From positions 645,476 to 709,475 of the forward strand of contig JAFWOT010000012.1 of NCBI GenBank assembly GCA_017509785.1: 64,000 nucleotides of DNA, given 5' to 3'. Position numbers and translations under genes: made by a program. This document shows, piece by piece, positions 41,387 to 49,089 of the stretch (the stretch's first letter is position 1; each line of letters starts with the position of its first letter). The notes under the pieces are model-generated. The model was given only the letters and a program-made list of their open reading frames with translations, was not told the origin of the DNA and did no database searches. The DNA comes from Clostridia bacterium (GTDB lineage: Bacteria; Bacillota; Clostridia; Christensenellales; CAG-138).

Positions 41387-41437
41387 TGCAAGGTTGCAAA
41401 ATTGTGTGTACGCAGATGTTTGCAAGGTTGCAAAATT
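41387..41437. repeat. Two perfect 17 nt direct repeats (TGCAAGGTTGCAAAATT), 34 bp apart, upstream of mobC
   Basis: Copies lie at 41387-41403 and 41421-41437, with a third TTGCAA hexamer at about 41443. Nearby inverted repeats include GGCGC-TTTTG-GCGCC at about 41345. This is a candidate oriT or operator. Confidence 0.5.
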
Positions 41438-41450
41438 CAATTTTGCAATC

Positions 41451-42446
41451 TTAGTCCTGAAGGGAGAGCTGTTCGGTCTCCCGCTTCGGCGGGAGCCATG
41501 CCCAGCTTCCGTCCTTCTGCTTCTTGGAATCGATGCCGAGATTCTTCTTCGCCTCGTTTGCCGTGCGTTCGCTGATCCCGTGAGCCTTCAGAAGACCGTA
41601 GACGCTTGATGCGGATACTTCCTTCCCCAATGCCATGAGACCCGAGATGAGCTCTTCGGCAAGCGGGAGCTTCGTTTTCTTGTACTCGCCTTTCGAACTC
41701 TCCAATAGCTCGTCCGCGGTCATGTCGCTCGTACCCTCGAAGAACATACGATTGTCCTCTACGGTGAATACGAGCGTGGGGCTCAGCGCAGTGAGATTGC
41801 TCTTCACGGGAGCAAGGAATACTGAAGCTTCCTTCGGGTTCGGCTTTGCGAGCAGCAGTACGCTCCTCGCCGCTCCGGTGATGTCCATTGAGCCGAGACC
41901 GCGGCTGATCGCCTTCATGCCCTTCATCTTGTTCAGATGCTCGATGAGGACGATAGCGCAGCCTGTGCGCTCAGCGATCACCTTCAGGCTGTGGAACTGG
42001 GGACGGACTTCGTTCGCGCGGTACATGTCCACGCCCGCTCCGAGATACGCCTGCAATGGGTCCAGGATGAACAGCTTCGACTTGGTCTCGCGGATAGCCG
42101 CCTCGATACGCTCGTCGGAGAACGAGAGCGGGTCCTTTGTTTCGTCGATGACGAATACCCTGCTGCAATCCGCGCCGTTCGCCTCGAGACGAGGCTTGAT
42201 GGTGTCGCCCAAGCCATCTTCTGCCGTCTGGTAGATGCAGTTGACGGGATCGCGGAATGCGTCGTCCGCTTCGCCGGGAAGGGGCCTGCCCTGCGTCAGC
42301 CTCGATATGACATGCATCATGAGCATGGTCTTGCCCTCGCCCGGGTTGCCGCGAACTATCGTAAGCTTCCCTGCGGGGATGTACCCGGGCCACAGCCAGG
42401 CGACCTCTTCGGTCACTACGTCGTTCATGTTGATAAGATCGTTCAT
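41451..42446 (-). CDS. AAA-family ATPase (RepA/RecA-like P-loop, AAA_25 type) with a C-terminal DNA-binding tail
   Basis: ORF trimmed to MNDLINMNDV (AGGAGG RBS). It has the Walker A motif GNPGEGKT and the Walker B motif LFILDPL. This type is common in mobilizable elements of Clostridia. Confidence 0.7.
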   Translation of the reverse strand: MNDLINMNDVVTEEVAWLWPGYIPAGKLTIVRGNPGEGKTMLMMHVISRLTQGRPLPGEADDAFRDPVNCIYQTAEDGLGDTIKPRLEANGADCSRVFVIDETKDPLSFSDERIEAAIRETKSKLFILDPLQAYLGAGVDMYRANEVRPQFHSLKVIAERTGCAIVLIEHLNKMKGMKAISRGLGSMDITGAARSVLLLAKPNPKEASVFLAPVKSNLTALSPTLVFTVEDNRMFFEGTSDMTADELLESSKGEYKKTKLPLAEELISGLMALGKEVSASSVYGLLKAHGISERTANEAKKNLGIDSKKQKDGSWAWLPPKRETEQLSLQD

Positions 42447-42546
42447 GTGAGTTTCCTCCTTTCCTGAGTGATACACTGCTCCCTCACGATCAAAGATGGG
42501 AGCGGCATTCATATTCCAAATGCGCCTGGAACCGATAAAAGTTGAT

Positions 42547-42645
42547 ACAGTTATCAAGTAACGGCGGCAATGAAATCAAAACTGGGGGTAGTTATCAAAT
42601 AATGGAAACCTCGCTTTTGAAAAGTGGTACCAGTTATCATTAGTG
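42547..42645. repeat. Three iteron-like AGTTATCA repeats spaced 41-42 bp apart, upstream of the AAA ATPase gene
   Basis: The copies are cAGTTATCAagtaa (42549), tAGTTATCAaataa (42590) and cAGTTATCAttagt (42632). Confidence 0.5.
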
Positions 42646-42717
42646 AAAACCGTAGCTCGAAATAAACCATTCGATCAAGCTTTCGCTCGCATCATACACT
42701 TTTTTTGCTCCAAAATC

Positions 42718-42848
42718 GGCAACCCACGGGGGTTGCCAAAATTTCGGCCTTAAATCGCAATATGTAGACATAGTTCTATCGTCAACCACTATATGTTGTT
42801 TTTTAGACCCAAAATGTGATAAAAAACGTGCAACCCCCGTGGGTTACA
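42718..42848. repeat. Pair of mirror-oriented hairpins (GGCAACCC-ACGG-GGGTTGCC and its inverted copy), ~95 bp apart
   Basis: The hairpins lie at 42718-42737 and 42829-42848. The second is the reverse complement of the first, with one G-U change. They bracket an AT-rich stretch. Confidence 0.5.
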
Positions 42849-43343
42849 TATATTGTTAAATATATTTCCGTTATTGGGCCCTGTTTCCATGATTTGAGCT
42901 CTCGCCCGCAAAGCCTTTCCATGCACATAAGCAACAACTCCTCTCATGGGTTATAGGCAAAGTTAGTGGCCGATTATCGGCCAAAAGAGCAGGTTGGGAG
43001 AAATATATTTCAGCCGGCTCCAATTGTCCGTCATTCGGCAAAAGACTCTCTAATTACATGTGGCAAAAAAACTGCCCGGTGATTGGGGTCAAGCTGCCGC
43101 TTTGACAAAATATATTTCAGCTGTCAAAGTTCTTTCAAATCCAGGTATAAGAAAAAAGAGTGCAGCCTAATTGCACTCTTTCTCGAAATAGAATTGTTAA
43201 TTGTCGTTTGCTATACAAAAGAGGTCACGCCCATTTTGTGAGCGTGACCTCTTTGCAGTTTATCACGACATTTTTCTTTCCCTTAAGCCTCCCGTATGGT
43301 ATAATAATCCTATCAAATCCATCCGAATGAGAGCGGAGCTTAT

Positions 43344-46118
43344 ATGAACGACATTCAGCAAAGAAAAGCGGCGAAGGATTTTGCCGCCAGATGGAAGGAC
43401 AAGGGCTATGAAAAGGGCGAGAGCCAGCTTTTCTGGACCACGCTTTTGACAGACGTTTTCGGCGTAACTAACGTCGCCGATTTCATCGAGTTCGAGGATC
43501 AGGTGCACCTTGATCACACGTCTTTCATTGATGGCTATATCCCGTCCACCAAAGTTTTGATCGAGCAGAAGGGGCTCGGCAAGGATCTTAACAAGCCCAT
43601 AAAGCAGTCCGACGGTTCCCTGCTCACCCCTTTCCAGCAGGCGAAGCGTTATATTACCGAGCTTCCGCTGTCCCGCCATCCGCGCTGGGTCATCACCTGC
43701 AACTTTGCGGAGTTCTATATCTACGACATGGAGCGCCCGGGCGGCGAGCCGGAGAAGATCAAGCTCCGCGACCTTGAGAAGGAGTATTACCGCCTCTCCT
43801 TCCTGACGGAGACGGAGAGCGTACATATCCAAAGGGAGATGGAGATCTCCATCAAGGCCGGCGAGGTAGTCGGGCTCCTTTACGATGCATTCTTAAAGCA
43901 GTACGGCTCTGCCGACGCCGAAATGCTGAAGAGCCTCAACAAGCTCTGCGTCCGTCTCGTATTCTGCCTCTATGCGGAGGACGCGGGCATATTCGGCAAG
44001 CATCTGATGTTCCACGATTATCTGTCGCAATTCTCAACAAGGGAGATGCGCAAGGGTCTGACCGCCCTTTTCAAGGTGCTTGACCAGAAGCCCGAGGAGC
44101 GCGACCGCTTCCTTGCGGACGACGATCCCTTGCTTGCGGCATTCCCATACGTCAACGGCGGGCTGTTCGCCGACGAGGATATAATCATTCCCCCGTTCAC
44201 CGATGAGATACGCGAGCTGCTGCTCGTTAAGGCGAGCGCGGATTTCGACTGGTCGTCCATCAGTCCCACCATATTCGGCGCTGTGTTCGAGAGCACCCTG
44301 AACCCCGAAACGCGCCGCTCCGGGGGCATGCACTATACCTCCATCGAGAATATCCATAAGGTCATCGACCCGCTGTTCCTCGATGAATTGAGGTCAGAGC
44401 TCGAGGAGATCTCCGCGATCGCGATCGAGAAAACGAAGGTGCGAAGGCTCCGCGAATATCAGGCAAAACTCGCCTCGTTGGAGTTTTTGGATCCCGCGGC
44501 GGGCAGCGGCAATTTCCTCACGGAATCCTATCTCTGCATCCGCAGGCTGGAAAACGACGTGCTCCGCCTTTTGAGCGGCGGTCAGGTTAAATTGGGCGGC
44601 GAGATAATGAGCCCGATACAGGTGAGCATTTCGCAGTTCCACGGCATCGAGATTAACGATTTCGCCGTCACGGTCGCAAAGACCGCGCTCTGGATCGCGG
44701 AAAGCCAGATGATGAAGGAGACCGAGGATATCATCTATGCGAACCTCGAGTTCCTGCCCCTGAAAACCAACGCAAATATAGTCGAGGGCAACGCCCTGCG
44801 GCTCGATTGGAACAAGGTCGTGCCGAAGGAAAGGCTGAATTATATCATGGGGAATCCGCCGTTTGTGGGCGCACGTTGGATGAGCAAGGAACAAAAATCC
44901 GATGTTAACGCTATCTTTCCGGGATGGAAGAACACAGGTAATCTTGATTATGTTTGCTGTTGGTATAAAAAAGCAACTGATATGATGTTTGGATCCAACA
45001 TCAAAGCCGCACTTGTTTCCACTAACTCTATTACGCAAGGTGAAGCAGTTGCGAACCTATGGAAGCCTTTGTTTGAAGAAGGTATCCACATAATGTTTGC
45101 TCACCGAACTTTCCGATGGGACAGTGAGGCAAGCATAAAAGCTCATGTCCATTGTGTGATAATTGGGTTTAGCAGAGTAAACAGTTTAAAGCCTTGTATA
45201 ATATTTGATGGTGAAAGGAAGCAAATCGTTAGTCATATAAATGGATATTTGGTTGATGCAAATGATTTGTTTATTGAAAGTACCAGCAAGCCACGCTGTA
45301 GTGTGCCTGAAATTGGAATGGGTAATCAGCCAATCGATGACGGTAATTATCTTTTCGAAAAAGAAGAAATGGAAGCGTTTATTCAATCGGAACCGGCTTC
45401 AGTTCAATACTTTCATCCTTGGTACGGTGCAAAGGAATTTATTAATCAAAAACCACGTTATTGCTTATGGCTTGGCGATTGTCCTCCTTCAGTTTTGAGA
45501 AAGATGCCAAATTGCTTGAAGCGAGTTCAGTCTGTGCGCGATTATCGATTAGCTAGCTCGCGAGAATCTACAATAAAACTTGCAGATAAGCCTACTAGAT
45601 TCCAAACGGAGAATATGCCGAAAGGTGATTATATTGTAATCCCAGAAGTATCTTCTGAAAAGAGACGTTATGTTCCTATGGGCTACATGGACGACAAAGT
45701 ACTATGTAGCAATAAATTACGCTTGATGCCAAACGCCTCCTTATATCACTTTGGAGTACTTAATTCAAATGTGCATAATGCTTGGGTTAGGGCGGTTTGT
45801 GGAAGACTAGAGACAAGGATTGATTATTCAATCAAGGTGGTCTACAACAACTTCCCGTGGCCCGATCCTACGCCAGAGCAGAAGGCGAAGATCGAGCAGA
45901 CCGCGCAGGCGATACTCGACGCACGTGCGAAGTACCCGGATTCGTCCCTTGCCGATCTTTATGACGAGCTGACTATGCCGCCAGAGCTGCGCACCGCCCA
46001 TCAGCAGAACGACCGCGCGGTCATGCAGGCGTACGGCTTCCCGATAAAGGGCTTCACCGAGTCCGACTGCGTTGCAGAACTCATGAAACTGTATCAGAAG
46101 CTGACCGAGAAGGCGTGA
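43344..46118 (+). CDS. MmeI-family type IIL/IIG restriction-modification enzyme (fused nuclease, N6-adenine methyltransferase and TRD)
   Basis: 924 aa. The N-terminal D...E-x-K motif is FIDGYIPSTKVLIEQKG. SAM-binding is FLDPAAGSGNF and the catalytic motif is GNPPFVG. From memory it is co-linear with MmeI (919 aa). A TGgTATAAT extended -10 lies at about 43297. Confidence 0.85.
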   Translation: MNDIQQRKAAKDFAARWKDKGYEKGESQLFWTTLLTDVFGVTNVADFIEFEDQVHLDHTSFIDGYIPSTKVLIEQKGLGKDLNKPIKQSDGSLLTPFQQAKRYITELPLSRHPRWVITCNFAEFYIYDMERPGGEPEKIKLRDLEKEYYRLSFLTETESVHIQREMEISIKAGEVVGLLYDAFLKQYGSADAEMLKSLNKLCVRLVFCLYAEDAGIFGKHLMFHDYLSQFSTREMRKGLTALFKVLDQKPEERDRFLADDDPLLAAFPYVNGGLFADEDIIIPPFTDEIRELLLVKASADFDWSSISPTIFGAVFESTLNPETRRSGGMHYTSIENIHKVIDPLFLDELRSELEEISAIAIEKTKVRRLREYQAKLASLEFLDPAAGSGNFLTESYLCIRRLENDVLRLLSGGQVKLGGEIMSPIQVSISQFHGIEINDFAVTVAKTALWIAESQMMKETEDIIYANLEFLPLKTNANIVEGNALRLDWNKVVPKERLNYIMGNPPFVGARWMSKEQKSDVNAIFPGWKNTGNLDYVCCWYKKATDMMFGSNIKAALVSTNSITQGEAVANLWKPLFEEGIHIMFAHRTFRWDSEASIKAHVHCVIIGFSRVNSLKPCIIFDGERKQIVSHINGYLVDANDLFIESTSKPRCSVPEIGMGNQPIDDGNYLFEKEEMEAFIQSEPASVQYFHPWYGAKEFINQKPRYCLWLGDCPPSVLRKMPNCLKRVQSVRDYRLASSRESTIKLADKPTRFQTENMPKGDYIVIPEVSSEKRRYVPMGYMDDKVLCSNKLRLMPNASLYHFGVLNSNVHNAWVRAVCGRLETRIDYSIKVVYNNFPWPDPTPEQKAKIEQTAQAILDARAKYPDSSLADLYDELTMPPELRTAHQQNDRAVMQAYGFPIKGFTESDCVAELMKLYQKLTEKA

Positions 46119-46119
46119 A

Positions 46120-46551
46120 TCACACCGTCAGGTTGATGACCGTTTTTCCCTGCTTTTCGGCGAGCGCTTTGAACTGCGCCGCGCCGGAAGCGATATGATT
46201 CGTGACGTGGGTTACAACGAAATCGGACTTCGCGATCATCCATCTGTTGCGGAAGGAGATCGCAAAGCGACGAGGCACGGTCTCTATCCCCTCCGGAAGG
46301 ATGGTCGGGAGAAGATCCTCGGACATAATGTTTTCGCCTACTGGAAGATATGCGAGTACCGTATAAGCACGGATAGGATAACGGCTCATCAGCTCCCGCA
46401 ACACCCTCGTCACCATAGCGTCGAACCCGCCCTGATTTCCGACATAGAACAGCTCCGCACCGCGGTTTTCGATAAGATCAATAAGAGTCGATCTCAGCAT
46501 CGGCTCTATTTCATTTTGCACATATCGGTGTCCGAAGAAGGTTACTGTCAT
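46120..46551 (-). CDS. SLOG-fold DUF1273-family protein
   Basis: ORF trimmed to MTVTFFGHRY (GAGGCGGAG RBS). The FFGHR start and the GNQGGFD motif are typical of DUF1273. It is convergent with the MmeI-like gene, with a 1 nt gap. Confidence 0.65.
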   Translation of the reverse strand: MTVTFFGHRYVQNEIEPMLRSTLIDLIENRGAELFYVGNQGGFDAMVTRVLRELMSRYPIRAYTVLAYLPVGENIMSEDLLPTILPEGIETVPRRFAISFRNRWMIAKSDFVVTHVTNHIASGAAQFKALAEKQGKTVINLTV

Positions 46552-46607
46552 ACTCCGCCTCACACACGTATAGTCTAATCTGCCGATGCGCAAAATTCAA
46601 GTATAAA

Positions 46608-46672
46608 TATCACCATATCTTGCGCTATTGTTCACACTCATTTGCTCTAACGACTCACCAAATATGGTGATA
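46608..46672. promoter_or_regulatory. 11 bp perfect inverted repeat pair (TATCACCATAT ... ATATGGTGATA) in the divergent promoter region
   Basis: The arms lie at 46608-46618 and 46662-46672, between the DUF1273 gene and the XRE gene. This is a likely operator. Confidence 0.5.
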
Positions 46673-46700
46673 GAATTGAATTAGAGAGTGAGGTGGTTTT

Positions 46701-47006
46701 GTGGACATCCGTAAAAGGCTAATGGAGCTTCAGCAGCAGCGCGGCTGGTCTGATTACAAAATTGCCAAAGAAGCAGGGCTGTCACCGAATACGGTTTCCA
46801 ATATCTATCGTCGCGGCAACACGCCGAGCTTGGTAACTCTTGAAGCGCTTTGCAAGGCATTCGGCATCACCGTGGCGCAGTTTTTCTCCGAGGGCAACAT
46901 GATCGAGGTCACGCCTGAGCTTAAAGAACTGTTTGAAAAGTGGACTGCGCTGTCGCCGGAGCAAAAAGAAGCTCTCTGGAAGATAATAAAAACATACGAT
47001 AATTAA
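46701..47006 (+). CDS. XRE-family HTH transcriptional regulator
   Basis: 101 aa with a GTG start after GAGGTGG. The HTH is WSDYKIAKEAGLSPNTVSNIYRRGNTPSLVTLEALCKAFGI. Confidence 0.8.
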   Translation: MDIRKRLMELQQQRGWSDYKIAKEAGLSPNTVSNIYRRGNTPSLVTLEALCKAFGITVAQFFSEGNMIEVTPELKELFEKWTALSPEQKEALWKIIKTYDN

Positions 47007-47019
47007 CCGAATAAAACTT

Positions 47020-47050
47020 AAGCCCGAGGCAGTGCCCCGGGCTTTTGTGT
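47020..47050 (+). terminator. Rho-independent terminator after the XRE gene
   Basis: Hairpin AAGCCCGAGG-CAGTG-CCCCGGGCTT, followed by TTGTGT. Confidence 0.6.
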
Positions 47051-47070
47051 ATCGAAAAGAGTGCGAAAAA

Positions 47071-47149
47071 CCATGTCTTTACATGGTAACGCCATTGGTT
47101 TTAAAGCTCAAGCAAATGGTATCGCCATGTTTTGGCATGGTAAAACCAT
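47071..47149. repeat. Array of four palindromic ATGG-N5-CCAT sites (left array)
   Basis: Sites lie at 47071-47086, 47083-47095, 47116-47128 and 47137-47149. Centre spacing is 33 and 21 bp. The array abuts the stop of the 47154..47534 gene. Confidence 0.7.
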
Positions 47150-47153
47150 TTGT

Positions 47154-47534
47154 TTATATCGAAGAGATGTCCTGCGCTTTAAAGAAAATACGGTGGGTGG
47201 CAAGATCGAAAACGAGAGCATAATCAAATGAGTCAGCTTTGTTCCTCGGATGAGGGATGATCAGCATATTATCGGCCATTCCCATCAAATTTGCAAAGTC
47301 ATCTTTCATTGTCGATACAAAACGCTGCTTCTGCGTTCGAAAATACAGCCATACCGATATTTGAGCGCTTTCCTTTTTGATTTCCGATTCGATCCCGTAT
47401 TTCTCGGAGAAGTCCTTTGCCCGCGAAACAAATTCCTCCGCTTTCTTTACGCGTGTTACATCGGGTATAGGTGTCAAAGCTCTGAGCATATCGAAGAATT
47501 GCTTAGGATCGGTGTTGTATTTCGTTTCTTCCAT
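47154..47534 (-). CDS. Hypothetical protein, paralog A of a divergent pair
   Basis: 126 aa with an AAAGGAA RBS. It aligns by eye with the C-terminal ~110 aa of the 47687..48175 product (KAEEFVSRAKDFSEKYGI..VWLYF versus KAKLFIAKARRFSEKHKV..VRLYF). Confidence 0.65.
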   Translation of the reverse strand: MEETKYNTDPKQFFDMLRALTPIPDVTRVKKAEEFVSRAKDFSEKYGIESEIKKESAQISVWLYFRTQKQRFVSTMKDDFANLMGMADNMLIIPHPRNKADSFDYALVFDLATHRIFFKAQDISSI

Positions 47535-47686
47535 ATTTTCCGGTTCCTTTCTTTGTCCTCTACATATAAAGCAACGCAGAAAAGTAAAAGTGGACAGAGT
47601 TATAAAAATATATTTGTGGAAACGTGTCCCCTATCGGCCGTCTCGATTGTAATAGAAGTAGAGGGCAATCGAAGGAGGACAATAAT

Positions 47687-48175
47687 ATGAGGACTGCCGG
47701 AAGCATTATCTACAGCAAACGGTACAACGAAGACGAGGATTTTTTCAGGGAGATCTTCGGCGAATTCGAAAACGAAAAAAAGCTGCCCGATGGCAGCACG
47801 CCCGAAGAAGAAACAGCAGATAGGAGAATACGACAGCTCGAAGCGACGCCGCCCGGAGTCACTTTCGTTCCGGATATCGATCTTATTATGAAAGCAAAAC
47901 TGTTTATTGCAAAGGCCAGGCGGTTTTCGGAAAAGCACAAGGTCACTGTGGAGATCTGCAAGCTCGAAACGATGGTATCCGTGCGTCTGTATTTCACTGA
48001 TGAGATAATATCCTTGGGATTGAAAAAAGCGCTCGTTGAGCTTATCGACATTGCCGACGAGGTTACCGGCATCCCCTATCCCAACGGAAGAGACGATTGG
48101 TTCAATTCCGCTATCGTACTCAATTTCAGAACTCACCGAAGCTATATAGACGGGATAGAAATAGGCTCGCACTGA
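47687..48175 (+). CDS. Hypothetical protein, paralog B of a divergent pair
   Basis: ORF trimmed to MRTAGSIIY (GAAGGAGG RBS), 162 aa. It is a paralog of the 47154..47534 product with an extra acidic N-terminal segment. Confidence 0.65.
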   Translation: MRTAGSIIYSKRYNEDEDFFREIFGEFENEKKLPDGSTPEEETADRRIRQLEATPPGVTFVPDIDLIMKAKLFIAKARRFSEKHKVTVEICKLETMVSVRLYFTDEIISLGLKKALVELIDIADEVTGIPYPNGRDDWFNSAIVLNFRTHRSYIDGIEIGSH

Positions 48176-48176
48176 C

Positions 48177-48264
48177 ATGGTAAAGCCCTGTATAAGCATG
48201 GCCTTACCATGTGTTTGCAGGCCGGAAGAAATGGCATTACCATGTGAGTACATGGCCTTACCAT
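48177..48264. repeat. Array of four palindromic ATGG-N5-CCAT sites (right array, mirror image of the left array)
   Basis: Sites lie at 48177, 48198, 48231 and 48252 (ATGGCCTTACCAT twice, ATGGCATTACCAT once, and one imperfect copy). Outward from the gene stop the spacing is 21/33/21 bp, which mirrors the left array. Confidence 0.7.
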
Positions 48265-48267
48265 GTT

Positions 48268-48774
48268 TTAAAGCCAATGTGCTGGTTTCACTTGCGCATG
48301 CAGGCTTGATATATTATAATTATAATACCGAATATGAAAAGGAGGATATGGCCTATGACGGTCGACACTAAAGAGCTCGTAACAACTATCGCATATATGA
48401 TAGGCGTCAAAAAGTATCCATTTCAGAAGATCGTCAAATCCGCATTCTCCGGCAGCGACCTTGAGAATGACATCTGACAGCTCCTCCTGTGTGTATTCGA
48501 GCTCTATCCCATTGAGCGCAAGGAATACGAGCATTGCGTGCGCGCCTATTCGTTTGTTCCCATCGACGAACGGATGGTTTTTGATGAGCCCATATCCCAA
48601 ACGGGCGGCCTTCTGCTGAATGGATGGAAACGGCTCGACAGTGCCGAAGGACTGGAACGGAGCGTTCGGCGCGGATTCAAGCAGGCCCTCGTCGCGAAGG
48701 CCGGTATCGCCGCCTGTTTCGGCGGTCAGCTCGTCATGCAGCGCAATGATCTGAGCCTTTGACAGTACGATCAT
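48268..48774 (-). CDS. doc: Doc (Fic-fold) type II toxin
   Basis: 168 aa with the Fic/Doc motif HPFVDGNKRIGAHAM. It has an ATGA overlap with the upstream Phd-like gene. The C-terminal tail is about 40 aa longer than typical Doc proteins. Confidence 0.85.
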   Translation of the reverse strand: MIVLSKAQIIALHDELTAETGGDTGLRDEGLLESAPNAPFQSFGTVEPFPSIQQKAARLGYGLIKNHPFVDGNKRIGAHAMLVFLALNGIELEYTQEELSDVILKVAAGECGFDDLLKWILFDAYHICDSCYELFSVDRHRPYPPFHIRYYNYNISSLHAQVKPAHWL

Positions 48775-49013
48775 TCGGCAAGCACCTCATACGCCTCCCG
48801 GTTTTTGGCGATAAGGCGCTTGGATATCGAGAGGACGTCCTCATCTAAAGCCAACTGCTCCGCTTCCGCTCTGCCGAATTCGATCAAAAGATACCTCGGC
48901 GTATTGTTTTTTAGTATCACGACCGCGCCGGATTCATCCACCATTCGCGCCACGCGGGAAAAGTTCTGATTCGCCTCGGTGATGGAAACGAGATTTTTCG
49001 TGTTGATGTTCAT
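48771..49013 (-). CDS. Phd/YefM-family type II antitoxin
   Basis: 80 aa. NTKNLVSITEANQNFSRVARMVDESGAVVILKNNTPRYLLIEF is typical of Phd/YefM. Confidence 0.85.
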   Translation of the reverse strand: MNINTKNLVSITEANQNFSRVARMVDESGAVVILKNNTPRYLLIEFGRAEAEQLALDEDVLSISKRLIAKNREAYEVLAE

Positions 49014-49089
49014 AGGAAGCAGCCTCCTTTCGATTCTACGATACTATTATAACACATAAATAGGAGAAATACAACCTATTATTATCAAT

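Noticed and set aside
47032-48371. Plus-strand ORFs 47032..47223 and 48177..48371 encode repeated M(A/V)xPC peptides (MALPC, MVKPC, MVSPC). These could look like a Cys-rich RiPP precursor.
   Set aside because: The peptide repeats are simply the translation of the ATGG-N5-CCAT DNA palindromes. The ORFs have no RBS. The two arrays are mirror images at the DNA level, so they cannot both encode the same peptide sense. They are treated as DNA-level repeats.
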